From: Perkinsus chesapeaki ATCC PRA-425
Lineage: Eukaryota > Protista > Perkinsozoa
DNA: 64,000 nucleotides
Assembly (NCBI GenBank): GCA_013115145.1
Contig: JAAPAO010000117.1
Coordinates: forward strand, 7,587-71,586
Direction of reading: 5' to 3'
Shown: positions 40,792 to 51,568 of the stretch, one piece after another
Numbering within the stretch: position 1 is the stretch's first letter
Layout: each line of letters begins with the position of its first letter
Position numbers and translations under genes: made by a program
Notes under the pieces: generated by a model
The model's database searches: none
What the model was told of the DNA's origin: nothing
What the model saw: the letters and a program-made list of their open reading frames with translations, nothing else

Positions 40792-43257
40792 ATGCTGGTG
40801 ATTGCCCTTCTTGGATTTGTTGTTGTCTGTGTATCACAGACGGGACCACACGAAACGGCTACTGTAGAGGCGGCCATTGAAGAGGCAATGTCCGCTGCTG
40901 ATGTGAGAGGGACAGAGCAAGCCGAAAGGATCTCCGCCGAAGTCAGCCTCATAGACATACTCTACCAGAACATTCTGTACATAGATACTCAATATCACCC
41001 TTCCGCTATCCGAGAGGGTACTCGCAGACCCCCGCACCAACGTAACTCGGTGTGAGTACGCTGGTGAACCTGCGGGCCTGTACAAGCCTGGCTTCTGGAG
41101 GCAGCATATACTTATCTGGAGCACTCGATATAGCTGGGCAAGCCACTGCTGCTACTGTTACCGCGGCTGCTGTGGGTCGGCTATAGGGACTGCTATAGGT
41201 TACAGAAGCTGAGAGTATTGTGTTCCTACGTATGCTGCTACGAATAGCACCAGACATCGAAGAGGTTATCAAAGACTGTGTCCAAGGCCTTATTGTTGTC
41301 ATGCTACTATCAATGGATGCTGTTGAAGTAGTGGTCGAGTAGACTAAGTGGTAGACTAACATGCTACCTGAGCAGGTGCAGACGGGCGACTTGAGGGTGG
41401 TGCAACATCTCTATACCATCACTGAAAGCCTAATAGATGACTATGGTCATCTTATTAATAACTCTGATTGGACTGAAGGGCTTCGGATGGAGAAGTGCTG
41501 CTGCTTTGTGTGCTGCTGTCCCCAGCCTGATCATGGCAGGTTCTGGCGGCCTGAGTGGGACCGTACCAAGTTGAACTCTGATGATCCGAACCAGCTGTTC
41601 TGGGTTGAACCATTTAAACACGAGTATCGAATGCTACTCGACTTGACTACTAATGATTGTGCACATTCGGACTTGAAGATCTTTGTGTAAGTTTGCCCCG
41701 ACGAAATCAGCTACCACCACGGGCAGCATAGATATGACCCATCCCCGTGGGAGGCAATGCTCAACCCAGGCAGCCTGAGTTGCGGTAAAAATTCTCAATG
41801 GGGCTTTGAAGCTGTATGGCACAAGTACTTCAAGAACGGCGCGTGCAGAACGGCGGTGCCCACAGAAGCAGACCTATTCTTCGTACCTCTCTACCCGATG
41901 TGTGCTCGTGTTATCTCAAACACCACAAGCCATTTCGATACGGAAATGCGGTATGTGGTGATAAAACACCTAACATTCATAGACAAGTAGGGCCATGTTA
42001 AGTCGGAGAGAAGTTGTCTTCAGTCAGGCGTGGAGGTGCTGATCACATATTTGTGTTTGTGGATGATGCTGAGATATTCTTCCCATCCTGGCGTAGCTTC
42101 ATTCCTAACTCAATTATACTAACCCCAGATGCTGTACACTACGCTACTGTCTCTAGTCCCTGTTGTTAACTCTCTTCATAGATAAGGCCCGGGCATGCGG
42201 ACTGGCAGTACCCTATTATCGGACCACAACGCCGCGAGAAGAACATGTTCAACGTCTGGCGTGACGTTGTTGTCCCTAGTTACACTGACTATTTCCGTCG
42301 CCAAGTCATACGCATCTTATCATATTGCTCTCGACCATCTTGTCAGGCACTGCTCCGCTTTGATCGTCCCTTAGAGGAGCGCCCCTTTCTGGTAACATTT
42401 GTCGGCCGTCATGGAGGTTCGCATGAGCTTTACAAAAGCAATGAAGTCAGAAGGCTTATATTTGAGCATCTTCGTAACGCCAGCCATGTACGGTGCACTC
42501 TTCCTCGAGCTTTTCACTACATGCTATTATTATCAGTCTGCTGTTGCCGAGAATGTGGAGGATGCCTTTGATCTGAAGGGGCAGAGTATATTCTGTCTTG
42601 TCCCTCATGGTACAAGTGTATGGACGCATCACCTTATTGAGGCTGTTATGGTCGGTTGTGTACCGGTCATCCTCTCTGGTGAGCGCATAAGCACTTAGCT
42701 CATAATATAATGTATATGAGTGATTACTACAAAGCGTATTTTGTCTTGACGGCTTCACGCGCAAGAGGGTAATTCCTTAAAAGTATCATTTCGAAGTCTC
42801 ATCTTTGCGCGGTAGCCATCTCTCTATGCCAAACCCTCGCTCCGCTCCATTTAAGTCCAAGGCGGTCCCCTCTAACTTGCCCCCTATCCACTTCAGATAG
42901 TCTAGTATTGCCTTTTGGTCACGTCATTCCTTGGCGAGAGATATCAATAAGGTGGCCACAGCTCGAAGTTGATTATGATAACTTTTATCGTTATTTATGG
43001 TCACAGAGGAACCATCCAGAGGGATGGAGGAAGCTCCTAACTATGAAGGAGAAGGTGTCTTCATTACTTCGACCTGTTATGCATTTCATCACTGCTTTCA
43101 GTTGAGGAAGTACCGTTGTTGGCTGGACTACCATAGTGATGTCCCTAACTGTTCACCGTATCATGCTGTGATGCCTATCCTAGAGTCTAAAAGGACGCTT
43201 TTAGATCTTAGTTTGGCCTCTTCGGATGCATACTATACCATGGATCACATTCAATAG
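40792..43257 (+). CDS. Exostosin-family (GT47) glycosyltransferase with N-terminal signal/anchor; many exons, end approximate
   Basis: RTAVPTEADLFFVPLY, GGADHIFVF, RDVVVPSY, RPFLVTFVGR, FCLVPHGTSVWTHHLIEAVMVGCVPVILS and LPFGHVIPW. The N-terminus is hydrophobic (MLVIALLGFVVVCVS). Confidence 0.88.
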
Positions 43258-44074
43258 TGCATGATGATACTCATGGACTCTATTGTTTCGTAACACAGAC
43301 TTTCAGATCACTTCTCCCATTGTTCGGTGTTCCTGCCGCCATGCCGGCCCTTCTGATCCCACTCTTTTTAGTTTTCAAATGTACCCTATCTATTTCATTC
43401 CATAATGCAAACGTTAATACGGCCTATCATCCTCGCCACATCCATACTAGTCTGCTGCTGTGCGCTGGCAGCTTTCTGGTCGTATTGGAAGCTCATCTCC
43501 TGGGAAGTATGGTATGACTCACCCCCAGGCCGTTGATGATTGTGGGGGGGATGATGTGTCTTGCTTCGAGACGTATCTGAAACGGTTCCGCTTCTACTTG
43601 GCTTTCGAGAACAGCATGGGCCGATGTATATAACTAAAAAGCTGTTGAATGTTTGTGAACGGCAGGTCGAATGGGGTACACCCAGGTTCTAGGGGAACCC
43701 AAGGCGGATTATGAGAAGCTCGCTCCACCAGGGAGTTTCACGTTGATGCTTTCGATAACACTAAGGCTCTTGTTAAATATCATAACCAACCACAGCGCTC
43801 GCGAGCTACTTTGAGTGGCTTAAAGCTTATGGGGTCCTTGGACAGTATTACACTCACTGCCACTCATGTCAACGTTATTTAGGGTGAAAAGAGGTCACAA
43901 CAATAATGCAAGGCAAATATACAGGCCTTTATCAGTGGAGCACCGAGGGGCAGGGTCACCACCCACGACCATTGAACGCATGACAAAAGTCGTGAATAAA
44001 TCTCTACTGATAACATTCATGGAATTGTGTTAGTCGTCGGACCCTTCAGTTATCACTCGATTGCCACCAGCATC

Positions 44075-44632
44075 ATGGTTCCCGTCCTGTCACAGCGTTT
44101 TGGTATTCCCACCCTGCAGCTTGCTTCCCGTGTTCTGTGCATCAGGACGTTTGCCACGGGTAAGGCGCTAATCAAACTATCTTTATGCTAATTCATACTG
44201 CTCAAGGTGCTAACATCTCAAGGCCCGCGTTGTCGCTCGAGAAGGCCCTTGCTGAACCCGACCTCCTAGTATTAGATGTGACATCTGAAATGGAGTTTAA
44301 CGAAGGTAGCGGCCCTCACCTGCGTCACATAGTTCAAGTTTGATAATGTCTTCTCTCCAGGTCATCATCCAAGTGCTATGAACATTCCTATGCAGGAAAT
44401 TCCTGAGAAGATTGGCGAACTCGGCAACGACAAGACCAGACCTGTCTTGGTTTACTGCAAAAAGGGCGTGAGATCAGGTGCATTACTCTTAGTGTTCTCA
44501 ATACCAGTTTGAACTCATTCAGGTATGGTCACCAATGCATTGATGCAAAATGGCTTTATCAATGCCTTTGCGACAACTAATAAGGATGTAGCGAAAATGC
44601 TAACTGACAAGTTTGGCCAAGTGACCCAATAA
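44075..44632 (+). CDS. Single-domain rhodanese with a presequence-like N-terminus; multi-exon
   Basis: LDVTSEMEF, GHHPSAMNIP and active-site loop VLVYCKKGVRS; N-terminus MVPVLSQRFGIPTLQLASRVLCIRTFA. Confidence 0.85.
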
Positions 44633-45022
44633 AGCCGTGGCTCCTAGAAAATTTCGTTAAGATATCTCTGAATCACGAAAAAGGCGACACTTACTATGCA
44701 CTTTTTCTACCTCGATTCCTACATCTTGTCAATATGGTTGTGTTAAGACCCATCACCAGTTTCGTTGAGTATGGTCTACAAGAGTTGAACATCTGCAATG
44801 AGATGTCCTCGATATAATAATCCAATCATTACCCCCATTAGTAGCCCGGCTCTTCGGCTTCTGTAGTCGGATAACCTCACCTACCTTTCGAACCTGCTTA
44901 CCCTGCGTTACGGTAGTCTCTCTAGCCCTAAAGAGAGTTTTTCGGACAACATCCACCATTTCAACGGTCAAACTTGAATTCGATTCAGCGAAATCTTTTT
45001 ATCGGTAGCACTGCCCTTTACG

Positions 45023-46419
45023 ATGATCCCTTCTTCGTCCCTTACGTCAAACAACACCAGCTTCGTTACCTACTCCGCCGTTGGTCTCGGCGGAGTCGTG
45101 TTGGGCGGACTTATAAGTGCCGCGTACATTAAATCACGTAAATCGAGGCAGCTAGAGGATCATGACGAAGTAAGGCCATTGCCTGGTATTCCCGTTCAAG
45201 TTCTCCCTTTCAGACCATCCCCCAGTTGCCAACTCAGGGTGGTAAGCGCAAATGGTTTAGTGAGGTATCGGATGAAATGTGGCCCGGGCAGGTGAGCCTT
45301 AACTGGCGTCGTTATACAGGTACTCGTTTTCAGGCTATGAGTTTGGAGATATCGAAGGTCATCTATCATGAACGGTCGCGCTATCAAGATATCATGGTCT
45401 TTGACTCGACTACGTAAAGAGAGCCTTGTGAGGTTCACTGTATATGCTTTCTCTATTGCGCAGATGGGGTAGGGTATTGTGCTTGGACGGAGTATTTCAG
45501 ACGACTGATAAGGATGAGTTTTGGTCAGAACTGAATTGAATGCCAATACCAATTAGATATCTACTCAGCTACCAAGAGGCCATGGCCCACACACCAACGT
45601 TCCTTCATCCAAATCCTAAGAAGGCATTGATCATCGGTGGTGGTGACGGTGGGATTCTCCGGGAGCTCACCAAGTATGTGTTGATAATACACCTTTATAG
45701 CCCTTATTACTCAGACATTCGTCATTCACTGAGCTGCATATTTGTGAAATAGACGGGCAGGTTATCGAGGTATCGAAGGAGTACATGAAGCAGCTATCAG
45801 TCGGCTTTGCTGACCCTCGTGTGATTGTAAGATATCTCCAGCAATGTAAAGGTATCCCATAGCTTCCATCCTTAGGTCCATCTTGAAGATGGCGCTGCCT
45901 TCATGAAACGCCACTCTAACGAGTTTGACGTCATCGTTTGTGATACGAGTGATCCTGTCGGCCCTGCTGCCAGTCTATTCACCAACGATTTCTATGATAC
46001 CATATACAACGCTTTATCGTAGCGAATTTCAAATAACAATTCGTATTTGATCGTTACTTCAGTGCTGATGGCATCGCAGCAACCCAAGGAGAATGCTACC
46101 ATCTGAGTATTCCTCTAATACACAGGTTGGTTCAACATTCTCAAAAGCATTTCCACGATGTTCGTTACGCCGATATACGCATACCTACCTACCCTTGCGG
46201 ACAGGTAACATTTGAATAGAACAGATTACATTATATTTTTATTAGATTGGCTGCCTTGTACTGGTGAAGGCGAGAGGAGTGAAGGCCAATGAACCCATAC
46301 GGTCTGTGCCCAAGGAGATGGTCGATGAATTGAAGTATTACAGCACGAAGCTGCATAGATCACAGTTTACTCTACCAGCAAAAGTACATAGAGATATCTA
46401 CGGAACAAGTATTGAGTGA
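45023..46419 (+). CDS. SRM: Spermidine synthase with an N-terminal hydrophobic segment; multi-exon
   Basis: [65 protein letters not shown] and PTYPCGQIG. Confidence 0.96.
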
Positions 46420-46530
46420 GGTCCTCATTGTGAGGAGTCTTTTTTTTTCTGTTTCTTGGCCTTCTCCAATAATCCACGTAATGCATCGCGTTCGCAGTAC
46501 TTGCATACGAGTCCTCCACCTTGATGATAA

Positions 46531-47160
46531 ATGGACCGAGATAAACACCATTCATTGCTGGTGATGTCGCTTTTGACAGTCTGTTTTGACATGGTATCTC
46601 TGCCAGAGATACCATGTCAAAACAGGCTGGCTAAGTATGGCCGATGAAGACGGAAGTGTATTAGGCCCGTACACTTCCGGGCCGTCCCAGTTCATCGTGC
46701 CACCAGAGATTCTCTGGTATAACGCGTGGACAAATCGTGACGTTCATCTCATTCGAAGAGATGATAGAATGTCATAACCTATTTATGGGCAACAAAGACG
46801 ATGCAACGAACAGGTTTCGCCCAAACAAAGCTCCCCTGTGTGCTGCTCACATTCTAGTCCACCACGGGATTCATTCCAATATGAGGCACAGTATACGAAG
46901 TGTATTGAAGTGAAATCCGAACAAACCGGCCTCTCGGCCACCCACGCGTGCTCATTATGCATGTCACGGAATACCCAAAAGGTGCCGTCGAAACAGACGA
47001 GCTCTGGTCTCGCCTTCTGGCTCGCTCTGACTCCCTTAGAAGCAGAACAATCAGTTCGATTTTACAGAACGAACAGTTTGGTTTCACAAGATTGCGCCAA
47101 ATCTTCCGCGCTGTACGGTTCCGTGAGTCGAGCTCCCTCTCCCATTGTCAAGCTAGCTAG
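46531..47160 (+). CDS. Putative small secreted protein; downstream exon structure uncertain
   Basis: Removing the 43-nt GT-AG segment 46583-46625 gives MDRDKHHSLLVMSLLTVCWLSMA-DEDGSVLGPY, which looks like a signal peptide. A downstream open frame (46948-47160) looks protein-like. Confidence 0.4.
46581..46625. repeat. Perfect 22-bp inverted repeat with a 1-nt loop (palindromic intron candidate)
   Basis: ctgttttgacatggtatctctg-c-cagagataccatgtcaaaacag; the two arms are exact reverse complements. Confidence 0.97.
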
Positions 47161-48207
47161 CGCGCGAACATGTAGAATTTCACTCAGTTCCTTATCGAGT
47201 GTGTTCGGAGATGATGCGTTGTCTCCTTGAAGATGAGACGTAAGTCATGTGACACCTTATCTCAGTCGTGATCTTTGCCCTATTCTCTTAGGGTGCCCTA
47301 ATTTCAGCGGTGACCTCGCAGTTAATGATGGGAAATTCGTGACTGATTAGGTGCCACGTGAGCCACACAACGAAGCATATCTCCTGTCACACATAACGAA
47401 ACTAGGAGTCGCTTCCCGAAGTGCTTTGTTTCCATATTTTCTTGGCTCACACTGAGTTTCACCGCAGAAAAAGACGGACTTGGTGCCGCTTAAGTGGTTG
47501 GAGCCACTTAAGACGTTTTGAATCACCTTTTATTCTGAGAGGTCGTGACGACCCGGTCGTCCGATGGATTAAATCCTCTCCGTCCTCTTGGTAGGCATCG
47601 AGCTCAATATCGACTAGTCTGCGCAATGCGACTGCGCATCCGTGCACTTTTAGTTGTCCTTGGGAAGTAGTATTGGGTGCTGTGGCTGAAGGTCTTCGTT
47701 GTCTTACTCAGATAAGTTCGTCAGCTGAGACCGCGACACTTTGTGCGGGAGTAGCTGAGCGCACACACGTACGGAATCTGTCACAACTTGCGACTCGCAA
47801 GGGAAGATTCGCTGGATTCCAGCGGCTGGAATCTTTCATACGTGCTTGTGGAGGGGATTTAATTTCACTTAAGCTCCATTACTTGTCTCCAAGGTCTCAA
47901 GCTATTGTACCTCGAGCTTTATTGGCTATACAGCTCGAGGTACAAAGTAGGTAAGTCTTTAGTATGGTCTTACCAGAGACGGTCGTCTACCATAAGTATC
48001 AATAGCCTTATCCATCACCACTCCGCCCGCAGCCCTCGGTGTCGCTGAGACGCAACAATTTTGAACAGGGTTCTAGGAAGGCACTCTTTCAAAACCTTCA
48101 CTTCAAAATTTTCGTACCCTCGAGCTTTTAGTTCCAATTTTCCGGTGGTGACTACATTGCAGTCTTCGCTTCAGTTTAACGTTGAGACTTAACGGTTGAG
48201 TTCCCAA

Positions 48208-48630
48208 ATGCTCGCCAGCGCCCTAGCTATTTCGGTAATTGCCTTCCTTGGTTGCCAGGCCTACTTCCCGCCTAACGAGTACTGTTGCTCTGAAGAAGCA
48301 ACTCAACAAGGACATTTGTGGGCCTTACGTTTCCCTAGGAACTCCGAGCCGTACTTGGATAATACGATGAGCATATTCCACATTAAGGATTCTTAGCAAG
48401 TGTTCACGTGGGGTATCCCAATCACGAACCGCACCATTCGTGAGCTGGTCTTCGTCCAAGTCGATACCGATTCGTCATCCTTCAGAGAGTTCGCCGACAA
48501 ATGCGGCCTTACTCCTGGGCTGTGGTTCCTCCTACGCCTAGACTACAAACACAACAGTGTAACTATCGTCCCAAACACAACTAGCCCGACATATGAGCTG
48601 TTCCACAGCTACTGTCACACGCCGACTTAA
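48208..48630 (+). pseudogene. Small secreted-protein family, copy 1, with a premature stop
   Basis: Collinear with the intact copy at 51146. The codon is TAG (48394-48396) where copies 2 and 4 have AAG (tct aag caa). Confidence 0.85.
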
Positions 48631-49675
48631 GGTCTCCCTACACGGTGTTAAACATTCTATGAGGGCGGCAGTCTCGGTATCATTCTGATAGTAGACCATT
48701 ATTCCTGCATAGAACGTCTAGTGGATGTAGGTCCGTATTATAAAGGGCCGCTTTTCATATGTCAATCAACAGTTTGTTTCGTATAAGGCTTGGTGTTGAC
48801 TCTAATTATAAGTAACCCGTACGACCTCCTATAGAGTCTCTATGAACCGGAATTTGGTGTCTGTCCTACTGTAGCTCTGTAACACCAGAACTCCACCTGA
48901 TGTTCCGTGAAGAGGAAATGAGCATCTTGTATCAAAGGTTATTAAGGTTCATAACAGATTAATTATATTTCAAATGATTTGAGTTCGTCAATCGACCTCT
49001 GTCACGATCGGAGACCGGCTCGCACTCGCAAGTTGCTGTTGTGTTAGCGTTGAGCAATGCAGTCGGGAGGGCACTCATCCGCTGGCTACTATACTACGAT
49101 ACATGGATGAAAGCATGAAGGGATATCCTTCGGCCAAATATTGGCGCAACCCGTACTACGGGTCCCGTAGTGAGCATGTGAGCAGTCCATGACACCAGAC
49201 TTTAGTGCACAAATATTGCGCCGTAATGCCGATCGATGTCGTGAAGACCGCTTTCGTTCATTAAGCAGCGATGAACCTCCAGAAACGCAGCTAGCGAGGA
49301 TGATAGGATGAAAGCAGTGGCATGGCAGACCATTCTCTCAAGAACTTCAACTTCTTAGTAAGCCAAGGGGTTGAAAATAATTTAGATTAATACCGTTCAT
49401 TCCTTTAATCGATGTAGCATGCCTTCGGCACGAGACATATTGACTACTCAGTCAACACCCCTCTACCCTCTAACTCGGTCCTCTCGTTGGACATAGAATA
49501 TCTCTACTTTGAAGAGGCAGCTTCGAAGTATTTTGTGCCACAAGGCCTCAGTGAGGCGTTTGGCGCCTGGCCAATGTCCAGCCAATGTCGGCATTGTCCA
49601 TCGACGACACAGCCTTGCGTTCAAGTAATTTACTTGTGAGATGTTACGAAAAGTCTAAGTGATCTATCAACCCGC

Positions 49676-49950
49676 ACCAATGCTATCTGGTGGAATGCAA
49701 TTAGCGGCCTCCGAGCCACGATGAGGGTGACCTGGAAAACCCGCCAATCCGTCAGATTTGAGCTCGCCCCGCATGAGGAACTGATCAAAGCTCTACGTAA
49801 CATTATTCAACCAATAAAGCCGGGTAAAGACTTTCTCCTTGAACTCTCCTCAGTTCAGATATGCCGATGCTGCGACGCACTCTAGCTTCGGCACCTTCCG
49901 GTTGTTCTACAGACACGAGTATCTTTGATAAGCGGCGATGCATAATAATG
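49676..49950 (-). pseudogene. 5' remnant of a pirin gene
   Basis: VEQPEGAEARVRRSIG. The nucleotide sequence resembles 63781-64000 (e.g. acccgccaatcc..gatttga, gccgatgctgcgacg..ctctagct); similarity ends below about 49676. Confidence 0.85.
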
Positions 49951-50133
49951 GAAGAATACAGAATGCTGTATTCGTGATGACCAAATTTCCTAGCGAAAGT
50001 CACATGCAGTAGTGATACCACTATTATCCGTTAACCACAGAGAATGAAACTAATGAGCACGTCGCAATTACGGGAAATGATACAAAATACTCGAATTCTA
50101 CTGACACGTTGACGCTGAATTACGGAGGAAGGC

Positions 50134-50900
50134 CTACAGGCTACCAGTTGAATAAGATATACGGAGGCTTCTCAGAAAGCGCCAAGTTATCGGCATATCT
50201 CGCTCTACTAGACCTGGTGCGAAGGTGGTTAAAGATGTTTTTTTGATTACGTAACTTCTGCAGTAATGGTAGTACACTAGGGAAGAGAGTAATACCGATG
50301 CAAGCGAGCAGTTGCCCTTTGTACAATGTACACATTGAATCATCAGGCACTTTATCGCAGACTATCTCAAACCCAACTGAAACGGCTTTAAGCGTCTTCC
50401 GTCGAGTCGGCTTTCTACGGGCATATAGGGACCCGAACAAATGAGCAACACCCGTACGTGGACTCCCGAAGACTACGAGCCTGACATGATCCTCGTACCC
50501 AATGTCATCGATCAATGCATGAGATGTTCAACTTCATGAGGGTTTTGAACAAGTAAGCGCCCCTCACGGAGCGGCCTCACGAGCTCTCCAAGAGAGCTCG
50601 TGTGATGGACCGAGTATTGATGTGGAACTTGGCTAGTGTAATTCTGAAGTACCTCAAGTAAGCCATTGAAATTCCATCATCGAACACACCAAGGTTTGCG
50701 AGAAACTCTCTTTCAAAATCGAATGATTGTGCGACACCTTCCTGTACCCTACGGGACGGTCGCGTGCTCGCGTCACGAAGTCTCTCTTCGGGGAAGTCTG
50801 CAATAATCTGGTGCAGCACCGCGGCACTCTGAGATGCTATGTGGGAGGACTGAGTCTTTTTAGCAAAGCTCATACGTTGAGTATCGGAAGACAAGATCAC
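50134..50900 (-). other. Possible degenerate coding fragments of an unidentified gene
   Basis: ORFs 50141-50515 and 50577-50900 look protein-like; VVFGSPRTG is only weakly lipase-3-like. Confidence 0.25.
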
Positions 50901-51145
50901 TGATAAGGATAGTATGGTAAGCTACGAAGTATGCTCCCTCCCAGGGAGTCCCTCGTGATCCCGTGACACGACTGTGAAGCAGTCACAAAGCTTGTGGCCA
51001 GCGTCGTTAAGCAGCAAGAGAGGAACTGAGTACCAGAAAGGTCCTTTATTGGAACCTCTACCTTGACAACCTCGAGCTAATCATTTAGATCATCTGATGA
51101 TTATCGTCGTGTCGCCTTCCATTTAGACTAACGTTAAGTTCCCTA

Positions 51146-51568
51146 ATGCTCGTCAACGCCCTTGCTCTTCCGGTAATTGCCTTCCTTGGTTGCCTGGCCT
51201 ACTTCCCGCCTTACGAGTACTATTGCTCTGAGGAAGCAACTTTCGAAGGAGCCTTGTGGGCCTTACGTTTTCCTCGTGGCGGTGAGCCTCGTTTGGATAA
51301 TACTATGAGCATATTCCACATTAAGGATTCTAAGCAAGTGTTCACGTGGGGTATTCCAATCACGAACCGCACCATTCGTGAGCTGGTCTTCGTCCAAGTC
51401 GATACCCGTTCGTCAAATTTCACCGACTTCGCTGATAAATACGGCCTTACTCCTGAGCTGTGGTCTCTTCTCCTCCTCGATAACGAACATAACAGTGTGA
51501 CTATCGTCCCAAACAGTACCAGCAAGACGTATGAATTGTTTGCTAAATTCTGTCGTACGAGGCTTTGA
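51146..51568 (+). CDS. Small secreted-protein family, copy 2, intact (140 aa)
   Basis: Hydrophobic N-terminus MLVNALALPVIAFLGCLA. The core WALRFP..TMSIFHI..QVFTWGIP..FVQVDT and the two Cys (YYC, KFC) are shared with the paralogs. Confidence 0.85.
   Translation: MLVNALALPVIAFLGCLAYFPPYEYYCSEEATFEGALWALRFPRGGEPRLDNTMSIFHIKDSKQVFTWGIPITNRTIRELVFVQVDTRSSNFTDFADKYGLTPELWSLLLLDNEHNSVTIVPNSTSKTYELFAKFCRTRL

Noticed and set aside
42810-42825. gtagccatct as a relic of the Perkinsus/dinoflagellate spliced leader
   Set aside because: Only about 10 nt match and the tggctcaag end is absent; expected by chance.
43260-43900. Possible small minus-strand gene between GT47 and rhodanese
   Set aside because: Fragments look protein-like, but I could not build a consistent spliced model or identify a family.
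46430-46740. Minus-strand frame ending GGLVCKYCERD, resembling the aspartate carbamoyltransferase regulatory chain PyrI
   Set aside because: Only one CxxC pair matches; the first Cys pair and the N-terminal PyrI motifs are missing. The plus strand gives a more coherent reading.
47200-48100. Short ORFs (62 and 93 aa) upstream of secreted copy 1
   Set aside because: No motifs and no consistent exon chain; probably decayed sequence.
48394-48396. In-frame TAG as possible stop-codon reassignment or readthrough
   Set aside because: Paralogs have AAG at this codon, and TAG is a true terminator in other genes here (e.g. PAN2). A single nonsense mutation is the simpler explanation.
50400-50580. GRSVRGA and VFGSPRTG as a class-3 lipase
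   Set aside because: The nucleophile motif is degenerate and the frames are broken; too weak to name.
51146-51200. AFLGC resembling a bacterial lipobox, suggesting horizontal transfer
   Set aside because: Eukaryotic context with no Lgt/LspA evidence; a motif this short arises easily in signal peptides.
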